This document shows positions 52,855-64,000 of a DNA stretch of 64,000 nucleotides, piece by piece (position 1 is the stretch's first letter; each line of letters opens with the position of its first letter). The notes under the pieces were generated by a model, which saw nothing but the letters and a program-made list of their open reading frames with translations, ran no database searches and had not been told where the DNA came from. Both the position numbers and the translations under genes were made by a program. This DNA comes from Paramecium tetraurelia (lineage: Eukaryota), in contig CT868025.1 in assembly GCA_000165425.1 (NCBI GenBank), forward strand, positions 1 through 64,000. Reading direction: 5' to 3'.

Positions 52855-53378
52855 TTTTAGTGACTTAGCAATTTTTATTTATTTTATTATTCATCTGTCC
52901 TATTATTATAATTATATAATATTGCAAAAATTAATGAAAAAACCGACGTTTAATTCAAATAATCTCAGACTTTCATCTTTACGTATTCTTTACGCAAATT
53001 ATTAACTGTCACTTGGTCGAGGTTCAATCCAGACCCATTTTATGAATTAATCAAACAACTACAGAATTAGCTATCTGAACATATTCTTAAACTTAAATTA
53101 CAGTTTTGGATTTAAAATTATTACTTTTTTGTGGCTTCCTTTATTAAATATTCATATGTATTCAATTATGAGGTGATAGGATGAATCAAGAATTGGTATG
53201 TCTCAATTAATTTGAGTATACTCAAAAATTAAAATTCCCTGGTTTATGCGATAGTATTGTGATTATTATCATCTATGCTATTTTGTGTCAATAAAACATA
53301 GTAGGGGCATCAATTCATATTCTATCTTAATCAAAATTTTTTAATTTATATTAAATACTTTCTATGCAAATTAAATAA

Positions 53379-54206
53379 TCAAGAAATAATTTGTATTATA
53401 GAAATACTAATCTAGAACGCTTACAAATGATTTATGGGTGCTGTATATAGTACTTCAAATGCGTTTTCATCCATTTTTTGTATTTTTATCAAGAAATGAT
53501 CTGATGTGAGTTCTTTTTTGTATAGAATTGACCATAAATTTTATTTTGAAAACTTAAAGATGTTGTAAAATTCGAAAAATTAATTATTTTACTATATGAT
53601 TTCTTTGTTTTTCTTGAAATAGACAGGAGAATAAGAATAAATTTAATTATTTTATTAATTTATTTTTGGAATGTGACACTATAGTATGAATTTAATATTA
53701 CTTTTAATTCATTTTATTTGCAAATACTACCTAAATATTTCCTGTAAAATGCTTAATTTGTACATTTCTTTGGACTCATTCCACCATCTTAAAAAACATA
53801 AAGTTTTCCCCCATCAATTATTTTTATTTTTCCAACAAGTGTTTTACTTTCAGAGTTAATAATGAATTTTTAATTAAATAATCCCAATTTTGTTGCCTCC
53901 ATTAGCAATAGATCAAAAATATAGAACGCATAGGAATTATCTATCTTTTTAATGTATGCCGGCATGATCCTATCAATATAAACATTCAAGAAACCTTTTC
54001 GCCATTATTGGTTATTAAATAAAGTCTACTTTATTAAATGGAATTCTAATAGATTAAATAGAGATCACATCCTTTTATTCCTCTAAGTCGTTCTCTGCAT
54101 TGCCTTAGAATTTCTCATACTGACTTTAACTTTAATCAACACTGTTTAATGATATATCGACTACTTGGCTAAACTAATTGTAATCATTCTAATCTGAATA
54201 TAACAT
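53379..54206 (-). CDS. Divergent Tubby C-terminal-domain protein, possibly frameshifted or a pseudogene
   Basis: LVGKIKIIDGGKTLCFQDGGMSPKK and KMDENAFEVLYTAPINHLQAFQISIS match the Tubby-domain pattern. Some frame changes could not be resolved by introns. Confidence 0.5.
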
Positions 54207-54361
54207 AGACAAAAACAATATTTAATTATAAAAAATGAAAACTAATGTGATAAGCAACCTTAAATTATGATTTATAATAAAATAATCATCTTAAATATAT
54301 ATAATAATACTTTTTGTGGTTTTGTAATAAAAAATAAAAATATTTGAGATCCTAATTGTTA

Positions 54362-55609
54362 TCAATATTGGTAATAAAGTCTCTAACTATTTTGTTTGGA
54401 CGGCTACTTTTTCTTTGGATTTTCTGGAGATAATACTTGCTTTTAATAGATGTCCTTTTAAAGTAGGTTGCTATGTTACTTTTTAAGGTTTAGGCTATTG
54501 TAATTATTTTGAAAGATGCTCATATGCGGCTTTTTAGTTTGGAACTTATAAGCTGTTTTTGAATTATGTTGTATTAATTAGTTTTGCTTTCTGTATATAG
54601 GTTTCTATATCTTTTTCTAATTGCTTATCTAAAACAAACCAAGTAAATTCTCTAATTTTTTCGTGCTTAATAAATAATTATCTTAAATTATGAAACAATT
54701 TTAGTCTATCTGTAACAAATTTCAATTGAGTAAATAACTCATAAAAACTAATCGCTATGGAATATTAATCATAAACTACCATCTTTAACACTAAATTATG
54801 AATAAAACTCTAGTTATTCTTCTAATTCCTTCTTGAAAAACAAATACTCATTAACGCAATCCTTATAAATTAGGATTGTAATATCTTTCACTATATTCTA
54901 CTTATAATTTATTAGTCATACAGATATTATTAATTATTTGGAAATAATCTTTTAAATGAATGGAATCATAGCCAATTTAAAATTGAGTAAATTTAATAAT
55001 TTGAATAACCACAAATATTGTACTCTTCTATTATTGTATTCATCCTAGTATGGATATTACATTCTTTAGGAAGAGTAATAAATATCACAATTATTCACAG
55101 CTCTTTGCAAATATGAATAATAAAGTTTGGTCAATTCTTTTTCAAAATCATCAAATTATGAGGGAAACTAGACATCATATTAGATAATACTTCTGAAGAA
55201 TTCAAATACATAATTGTTTATTGCTATTGTTGAGTTTAGTGGGTTACAGTGTGATTAGCCTAACAAGTTTTTAGGTTTCGCTGATCTTAAGACTTTCCAA
55301 AAATTATCTTCTTTAGCGTATATTCTGTACCTTTCCTTGCTGAAAGCCTTATGTTACTTAATCAAAATCATTAATTTAGTCTGCAATTAGCATCATATGA
55401 ATGGTGTACAAGACTTTCAATTCTTCGAGTATAGAAGTGGTTTATCTGGTGAAAAGCAGCTTCCGCTTTCTTTCATTTTAAATGACACCCTTGATGTCTT
55501 CTAACTTGACAGTTTAGGAATTGGCATCATAAATAGAAGAGTATTCACCTTTAAGTTCCAGATTAGCTTCTTCCTTCTTATTTTAGAATATTGACTTAAA
55601 AATTTTCAT
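54362..55609 (-). CDS. ANTH-domain-like (AP180/CALM-type) protein
   Basis: ELKVLYTIHMML, LYYSYLQ and LIYKDCVNEY..LEFYSQFSVKDAISFYELFTQLKFVTDRLKLF follow the ANTH helix order. One frame change near 55340 is unresolved. Confidence 0.55.
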
Positions 55610-55762
55610 ATTTTATTATTTTTTACTAACAAGTTTGATTGAGTAGATTGAGACATCAAGTATAAATTTAAGAATAATATTATCAAAGGTTTAAGATATA
55701 TTAAAAAAATAATTGCTGTTGTTGCAAAGCATAAACAATCAAAGTGATATTCACTAATAAAT

Positions 55763-56818
55763 TCACCAATCTCTGAATGGATCGTCATTTTATTTAATTG
55801 GATCTGGCAATTCAGTACTATCTGGATAAACAGCAAAATTAGAAGTGTCATCATCAGTTCTAGAGATAATAAAATGTTAAAGTTACCTTACTGATGGCAG
55901 GTACTTGGGTCTAATTTATTTCTTTATTAAACTTTCCCAATTCAGTGTTTAATACCATTTATGTTATTTAATATCATTGGCTCCGTTTTTCAGATTTCCT
56001 AATCTTTTTGAAACATCAGAAACAAGAAGATTTTTAATTAATTCTTTAGCATCGTTATCAAAATTTTTAGGAAACTTAACTTTTCCCTTTAATATTTTTT
56101 AATAAATAGCCATAGGATCTTCATCATTAAATGGATCAATCCCTAAATCTATAAATGAATGCATTTACCAGCCAACATTTCATAAATAATGATACCTAAA
56201 CACCACCAATCAACAGGTCTGCCATGTCCTTTATTGAGAAGAATTTCAGGAGCAAGATACTCAGGTGTTCCACATAGAGTGTATGTATGATCTTCAACAA
56301 CTTTAGCAAATCCGAAATCAGTTAACTTCAAATATCCATTTTATTAAATAAGTAGATTTTCTGGTTTTAGATCTCTGTATACAATAGTCTTTGAATGTAA
56401 ATACTCAAACATTAATACAATTTAAGCAGAGTAAAATCTAGATATTATTCCATTTTTACTATGCTTCATCATTTTCTATTGTGCCTGCATTCCTTAAATA
56501 AGTGAATAACTCTCCACCTTGAATATACTCTAGAACAAAATATAAATATCTTTCATCTTAAGTGTAACCTAACAATTCAATCTAAATAATTAATTTTAGA
56601 AGTACTATAAAAGGATGTTAAATCTAATGAAGTATTTTAAATTCAGAATTGATATGATCAACCTATTTTAATCGAAGAATTTCACATTTCTTTAACATCT
56701 TTAAAGCGACATGCTTTGAATTTGATTTCTACTTTGCTAATCTTACTCTGCCAAACGAACCAGTACCTAGAGTTTAGAGTATCTCGAAGTCTTGGAGTCT
56801 CACTTACTTATTCTGCAT
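55763..56818 (-). CDS. PKA-C: cAMP-dependent protein kinase catalytic subunit
   Basis: [74 protein letters not shown] and DDTSNF..DPFRDW-TGA. Four tiny introns. Confidence 0.95.
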
Positions 56819-56843
56819 TTATTTTGATAATTAAAAATAAATA

Positions 56844-57904
56844 ATGTCATTAGGGAAAAGATAATTGTCAGGTTCAAAATTAAAATTTGATGCTGATTAC
56901 TATAAAAATGCACTTGAATAGCAAGAAAAGAAGAGACCTGGATCAGGTTAACCTCTATCAACAATAACTTCTCCGTTACCTCCCAGAAAACCAGTTTATT
57001 CTGGGAAGTTAAGAAGTATTATACCTCCCTCAGAAAACGTAAATCAACAGCATCGTATAATCAAATCAAGCAATAGTTAACAGAAATAACAATTAACCCC
57101 ATCAGTTACTTAATCTCAATTATAAGGAGTAGTAAGAATATTTTATTATCAATTTCAAAGGTGAGTCCACCAAAAGCTAACAAACCTCCATTGCAATTCG
57201 ATAAGAAACTTATAATGCCTAAATAGACTACGTCATCGCAAATTTCAATAAAAAGTTCCATAGTGCCTAGTCAAATCTAAACAGGAGAGAAAAAAGTAAT
57301 TTAAAAATCAATTGAAAAGCCAGGTACCCTAACAAGTCCTGGGCAAAATGATAAATAATTTACATGGAAGAATTAGATCGAACTTATAGTGACTTAATCA
57401 GATTTCGAAAATGTAAATATTTTAATATAGCAAGAAAAGAAGGCAAATCTCACATGAGAAATTAAAATAAATACCAAAGCAACAAGTTTAACAATTACCA
57501 TTTGATTAAAAGAGACCCACCCAACCCATAATCTAATAAACACAATCACATATTATTATTTCACAGCCAAGACAACCACTTTAAATTCAATAAATCCAAA
57601 AGAAATAACCTTTCAATCCAAAATAAATTAATATGACTCAATCATAATCACAGTCATAACTCTAAGGCAGCCAACCTAAATGCTTTACTGATTTCACAAT
57701 GACTTCTGGAAGAAATGATCTTTAATAGCTCTTTTCATCTATGCAATTACAACTAAAGGAAGCCTCATAATATGCTGAACAACATCCGAATCTAAATATG
57801 AGTGGTAAAATATTCTACTTAACATTCCTTTAGAAATCCAAGAATAACCTGATGACGTGAATTCATCCTTTGCATAAAGCACTCTATATTAATGTTAAAA
57901 GTGA
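56844..57904 (+). CDS. Hypothetical Q/P/S-rich low-complexity protein
   Basis: MSLGKRQLSGSKLKFDADYYKNALE... stays open with three tiny introns to TLYQCQK-TGA. Confidence 0.65.
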
Positions 57905-58060
57905 GTATTGCATTACTAAAATGAGTTTGTATTTCACATTTTTTTGAATTAATATTAATATCAAATATCTATAATCCTATTAGATATTTCATAATTCACA
58001 AAAAATCAACCAAATAATTATAATTTTAACATTATTAATATTAATCATAATTGGATTTTT

Positions 58061-59331
58061 ATGACTGATTCATCCTCATATCAATATAGCATTAATGAAG
58101 GCTAGTATGAAGCTAAAATAGGGGAGAAACTGAAAAACAATTAATATTAAATAATCAAATGGTTAGGAGATGGAACATTCTCAAAGGTGTGGTTAGCGAA
58201 AGATTTATTAAGTTCGGTTCATTATGCTCTCAAGATATAAAGTTCATAATATTCCGATGCAGCCATGGAAGAAATAGAAATTTTAAAGTATTTTTGATTC
58301 TGATTTAGAATTTTGAATTAAAATGAAAATTCACCTTAATGGATTAACATTTAAAAGAATTTCATTGGGAATTAACCATCAACGCATTGTGTAAAAATGA
58401 TTGATTCTTTTGTTCATGTTGCTGATGAAACCCTGTATTATTGTGTAGTGATGGAAATATTGGGACCAACTCTATTGGATTTAATCAGATTTTACGAAAA
58501 GAAAGTATTAGACATTCTTATGATTAGCATTCTAGCATAAGCATCTAATTAGGGAAGGAGATAACCAAATAAATATTGATTGGATTGATTTATTCTCATG
58601 ATGCATGCTAAATTATTCACACTGACATAAAACCAGAAAACATCATGATTGAGTTAAATGAACAATAATTAAAGTAGTTAATTAATGAAAATGAGTCTGA
58701 AGAGTAGATAAAAAAGTAATAAGAGAAAATATTTAGAGAGTTAAATTGAATAATATAAATGTTGGCGATACTTTTGTATGGAATGAGAATGTGATAATTA
58801 ATGTAAACACTGACCTTAAATTTAAATTAGTTGATTTTGGAAATGCTTGTCAAACTAATTAATAATTTGAGGAAATTCAAACTAAGGAATATAAATCTCC
58901 TGAATCTATTATTTAAGCTAAATATTAAACAAATACAGATATTTGGTCATTAGCATGTGTAATTTTTGAAATCTTGACAAACAATTACTTATTTCAACCA
59001 GAAGGAGACACTGAAGAAGAAGAAATGGATGATCTCTTAGCTATGATGATAGAGTTGATTGGAATTCCTTCTTAAAGTTTCTTGAATAAAGGCTAAAGAA
59101 GTTCGTTATATTTTGAATCTGATGGGAATTTAAAAAGAATCAAAGTATTTGTATAATTAAGAAAAGGAATTGCAAAAGGTCAATCTAAGTAGTACATTAA
59201 TTAAAGAATACAATTTTGACAAAAATGAAGCGCAGAAGTTAGAAGATTTTATTCTCTTTGCGCTAAAATGGGATCCACTTGAGAGGCCATCTTCTCAAAT
59301 CATGTTCTTTCATCCTTGGCTTCGATAATGA
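58061..59331 (+). CDS. SRPK: SRPK-like (CMGC) protein kinase
   Basis: LGDGTFSKVWLAKD, ALKIQ..AAMEEIEIL, MEILGPTLL, IIHTDIKPEN, a spacer insert, VDFGNAC, EIQTKEYKSPE and HPWLRQ-TGA. Confidence 0.85.
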
Positions 59332-59578
59332 AATGCATTTTTACAATACAAAAATAAATTATAAATATAATATTTAAATAATATTATTCTTCATATTATT
59401 TATCATCTCTATAGACGTATATCATCTATATAAACAATTAATACTGTATTTAAAATCTAACATATTTCAAAATCCGAATGAAATTCTAATTTTATAAATA
59501 ATTATAATAATAAAGTTAAACAATCTGATGAATAATAAATACAGAAATGTTGTGAAATTGTGATATAATAATTATAAA

Positions 59579-60406
59579 TCAATTAAATAAACAAGAATAA
59601 TGATGCAAATTATCGGTCTCATTTAATTTTACACAAGGCTGAACAAATTTACCTTCTTCGGTCTAAATGAATACTTAGTTACAAGACGAACATTTAAGTC
59701 CTTTAAACAATATCTTAATGGTTTCTTCAATATATTGAATTATTTCTGTTAATGATTTTTTGTATACCTTTCTATTTTAGACATTAAATATCAATTATTT
59801 AAACCATAAATTGACTGATTTCATAATTTCAAGTTCATGTTAATGATCCTACTTTTCCATTTTCTAAGATCCATCACATAAAAATGCTTCAATATCCAAG
59901 ATGTTAGTTGCGTTCAAGTATTTGGTAAATTCATAATTCTTGATTATGCGAATAAAAAACCATTTGTAATCAATTCTCCTTAAATATATTATCTAATTTT
60001 CTTTATCCTTTAAATATTTGGGATCTTTCACTTCCTCAATTTCATAATTTTATGGATTATCTAATGAAAAATGCTACTCTTTATATCCTACTTTTTAGAT
60101 TCTCTAGTTAAGCATTTTTTTATCTTTAGTAAAGAGCAATATTTAATGATAAATTTATTTCACTCCAATATATTATTGGTGAAGTTATTTATAATTTTCC
60201 AGTCTTGTATTTATGCTATCTTCTTTCTTTTCTAAATTATCTTTGACTTGATAATAAATTTTGCGCTAGCTTGAATAATATTCAATGGCTAGAATTTGCT
60301 CCTACATAAGGTAGTGAATTTCTCCCAGGATTCTTTGCATTTACTGGGCAATCCCCCATTCTTCAGCTTCAAAATTTTATTCTTCCACTTCCATTGTTCT
60401 TCTCAT
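59579..60406 (-). CDS. Candidate Mediator subunit 27 (Med27/Med3)-like protein
   Basis: N-terminal coiled coil. The extreme C-terminus LFKGLKCSSCNQVF..QP..HHYSCLFN-TGA fits the Med27 LF..CxxC..P..HxxC zinc motif. One tiny intron. Confidence 0.55.
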
Positions 60407-60528
60407 AAACAAATTATTTTAATTATAATTATGAATTTATGAAAGTTAATCTTAATTATTAAGTGAAAAAAAAGTGTAATTATTAGATAAATAAAGTATA
60501 AAAGTTATATACAAATAAGTTTAAGTAT

Positions 60529-61561
60529 TCAACAGGTTATTTTTCGAGGAACTTTCGATTCTTATTCAACATTCGGAGATGTTATGTTGGATTTACTTTT
60601 GATTCTTGAAAATTATAATGTATTTTTTGCTTAGTCATTAGATCTGCATCCAATTTCATTGCAATATAATTAACTTTTGGCAATAAAGAACACCATAACA
60701 TCACTTTAAACTAATTCTGGATATCTAAATATTGAAAAATGTTATACTTAAAAATTTAATTTAAATAATTCTCCAAATCTCTCTTTCTATCAGATAAATC
60801 AGAATCATCGTCTAATTTTATGAATTTCTTCTCAGGAAATTCCGGTAGTTCAAACTGTAATTTCAGCTTCTTTAACTAATGATGATATTCTCTTAAATCT
60901 TTATATCTTTAACTAAATTTCCAGTTCTTGCCTGTTAATTGATCATTAATTGATATCATATAGATTGCAGAATGATCTTGAATTTTGTGATCTTCAAATT
61001 TAAACGTATATTATTATCTACAATTTAAATATTATCATTACTTGTTTTAATTGAATAATTTTGACTAAGTCAAAGAAATGACTTCACTTTCATGTTTGGC
61101 TAAATATGATTTTTTTAGCTCTTCAATTTCCTACCAATTTATATTAGATTTCGCATTTTTTGATTCCTATATATTTGGATTCTTAACTATAGGTAAAAAT
61201 TCTTAAAGAGCTCCAAGTCCATAGAGATCCTGATGTTAGAATATCTCATTTAAGTATATTTATAATTCCAATCTCTAAAATAGCAAATTTTAAATACCCT
61301 TTTGATTACGCTTTCCTCTGATATGTTGGTGGAGAATAGAATTTTTTTTTTAGGAAATTAGAGTAAGGGGATTTGTATTTTGAAAATATTAATCCAATCT
61401 AGTATTCTCAAATGAATCAGCTCTAATTCTGAATATCTCTTTCTCACTTCTTTTGTACAATTGTTTTCAATATTTGTTGTTCTTATCAAATAGAACACCT
61501 TTCCATCCATGTATTCATGTTCTGGTATTTCTATTATAAATCTTTGAGTCATTTTATGCAT
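60529..61561 (-). CDS. Tandem PX-domain protein
   Basis: PX1: VFYLIRT..VRKRYSELELIH. PX2: IYMISI..WKFSQRYKDLREYHHQL..LPEFPEKKF..DRKRDLENYL. Tiny introns. Confidence 0.85.
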
Positions 61562-62326
61562 AAATAAATTTTACATGTAATTTTCAACATTTGTATAAAT
61601 ACATCCTCTATTTAAATTATGAAACAATATATAATTATGTCAGAAATTATTAATTTTGTGATGATTAATCCATAAGAATTATCAACTCCATAACATCTCT
61701 TGTTAAAGTTGATTCTTTTGATAATGAATTAAAAAACTAGGTTTAGGAGATAAACAAATTGTATATTCATGAATTATTAATGAAACTTAAAATATTAATT
61801 TTATTAATTTTTACATAAAGAATGTCTTAAATATCAGAGTTCCTATAATTTCAGATTTAGTTAAGAGAGAATAAGCTGCCTTATTAACCAGAAGAAGAAA
61901 AGAAAAAAAAAGAAAAATAAAAAAAAAAAACATATCAACGCAAAACTCCAAAAAACACTAAAGATTCTGCTTTTAAATTTTATACAAAACCATCAGTATC
62001 AATTTTACATCAATTAGGAATTCCCAAACAAAAATGATGGAAACAATTGGGGAATGATTAAATTTAAATCTCTATTTCAGTCCATAGCAAAAAATGATTA
62101 GTTTATATGATATAATTATCCTAAAAATTCACGTTAAACATTTAATTATTAAAACAACCACTTTATACCTAAAATAAACATTTAATTTAAATTTTGTTAC
62201 TCAAATTCTCTGAATACTTTTCTTAATTGATATAAAACTGAATTGTAATTATCATAAGAAGCTAAGGAAACTATATTTCTAAAATGAACTTAATTAATGA
62301 GATGTTTTTAATAATAATTATTTAAT

Positions 62327-63847
62327 ATGTATTTACTAATACTATTCGTCATTTGTAATGCATTTCATCATAAAGGAAGTTTGCAAACAAATACTACTTT
62401 AAACTTAGCGTTAAATTTTACTGATTAAGCTCCTAGTATTATAATTAAGTTTTTTTTGCCAATAGCTAGATAAAATTAATAAATTGTTGGTTGCTTTGTA
62501 TCATTCGAAAATTTAACACTATATACCTTTGAATTAGATTAACTTTAGTTAAAAGTCAATTCTAATATAGATTACGATGTTCACAGCATATAATCAAATA
62601 GTGACACATAATTAGTTCAATATCCTTACTATTCGATGATTTATTTACTTTGCTAATCCGATTAGAATATCATTATTGATTATGAATTAACATACCTAGA
62701 AGATTATTTGAATCCATTTTGCATAAATAATTGTAAGGGTTATAATGATACACGGAATGGAAATAGTTCCTATTGTTTAAATAATTATTGTGAATGTTCA
62801 CTAGATAAATTAGGAGAATTTTGTTAACTTGATTCATCATATTTAATAAATAGTAATTGGGTCCGAGTAAACTTAGATTCATATCAATGGAAATATTTCT
62901 ATTATTAAATAAGAAATACTAATATTGAACTTCAGTCCAACCTTGATTAGAGTGACCAAAATATAAGTAAAAATAGTTTTATTAATAAAGTATATAGTTT
63001 AACTTTAAGACAACATCCGTGGATCTCGATTCCGAATAGAAAATTTAGTTACTTTTTAACTAATTGTTCATCATTATCTGATACCCTATAAGATTTAATT
63101 AGTGAAGAAACTACCGAAACTATATTATATATAGGATTATACAATAACAATAGCATTCAAGTTAAATTTAATTTAAGTGTTGTAACAACTTCGTCAGATG
63201 ATGATGATGAAGTTTAAAGAAATAAATTGATCCTTATTATAGTGGGATCGGTTGTTGGAGTCCTTTTATTATTGTCTTTTTTTTTAAGTATTTTCAATAA
63301 CTAAAGAATGAATTAAAATGCATAACATGAAGAAAATATTGAATAGAATTTAGAGATATAATAAATTGCATTTAAATCTCCTTCAGGTATTAGATAATTC
63401 TATTAAGGTTTTACTAAGCAGTTTATTAAGGATTATTTTGATCCCATTAATGTTTAAGAGGTAATGAAATCTTATCCTGGGCTTTCATAATTTGAAGATT
63501 GTGTGATTTGTCTAGAAACTTTAAAAAATGGCATTAGCTTAGAAATGAAGCTTTGTTCGGTTACTCCATGTTTTCATATATTTCATTTTTAATGTCTAAG
63601 TTCTTGGTTGCAGAAGTAGCGAAATTGTCCGTTCTGTCGAAATGAATTTAATAGAATCTAAATTTAAAATATATATCCATGGGTAGAATTGAATAAAGAA
63701 AAAAGAAAAAGTGAGTCAGAGTAAGAATCTTAATATCTACAACGATTGAAGCATAATTAAAACACAGATTTATCACAAGACATTCAATTGAATGACAGCT
63801 AGCAAGATTTTGTGCATGGAAAAAATAGACCAACAGTTGAAGGTTGA
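62327..63847 (+). CDS. Type I membrane RING-H2 E3 ligase with extracellular EGF-like motif
   Basis: Signal MYLLILFVICNA, EGF-like CINNC..CLNNYCECSLDKLGEFC, TM LILIIVGSVVGVLLLLSFFLSIF, and RING-H2 CVICLE..TPCFHIFHFQCLSSWLQKQRNCPFCR. Confidence 0.9.
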
Positions 63848-64000
63848 AAATTAACTTATATCATGTTTTATTTTAATTAGGATTTGATGAATTATTAAGA
63901 TACTCAAATAGTGTTTATTTTAATTCTAAAAGTTGATATATATTTAAAAAATTAAAGATCTTTATCTTTCTGAGTTGAGATCAAAATATAAAGTGAAAAA

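Noticed and set aside
52930..53320. Open frames on both strands between the RanBP2-finger and Tubby-like genes
   Set aside because: There is no motif and no basis for choosing a strand or frame.
61620..62100. A-rich tract (~61890-61930) as a retroposed poly(A) tail or small gene
   Set aside because: No target-site duplication or identifiable parent sequence. It is consistent with low-complexity or decayed Lys/Glu codons.
56..63833. Many short ORFs in the supplied track (e.g. 515-757, 6308-6523, 8220-8579, 38334-38543, 62673-62882)
   Set aside because: They are antisense or off-frame shadows of code-6 genes, or AT-rich noise produced by using the wrong genetic code.
1..64000. Telomeric repeats, IESs, transposons, tRNA/rRNA
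   Set aside because: No TT(T/G)GGG array, transposase, reverse transcriptase or cloverleaf was seen. TA-bounded IESs cannot be called without a MAC/MIC comparison.

Overview
This is gene-dense, very AT-rich eukaryotic DNA from a ciliate, almost certainly a Paramecium macronuclear chromosome segment. Genes read through only if TAA/TAG = Gln and TGA is the sole stop (translation table 6), and they are split by tiny GT-AG introns of about 20-30 nt. The supplied ORF track used the wrong code, so it shows fragments and antisense artefacts. Re-translating by eye gives about 28 protein-coding genes. These include a repeat-bearing Ser/Thr kinase cut by the left edge, a T1-family trichocyst matrix protein, a four-domain cation channel with a D/D/D/D filter, MAK16, a bromodomain-less TAF1 and a PAS/multi-TM protein. 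Also present are an HMG-box-like protein, a PHO80-type cyclin, a C2 protein, two tandem LRR paralogs, a CK1-like pseudokinase and a catalytically degenerate PFKFB. The right half holds TMEM209-like, DMT-like, MYND-Aurora, RanBP2-finger, Tubby-like, ANTH-like, PKA-C, SRPK-like, candidate MED27, tandem-PX and EGF-TM-RING genes. Several stretches look like decayed pseudogenes. No rRNA, tRNA, CRISPR array, transposon or telomeric array could be supported. All translations and family calls are by eye from remembered motifs, with no database search, so exon boundaries are approximate where noted.
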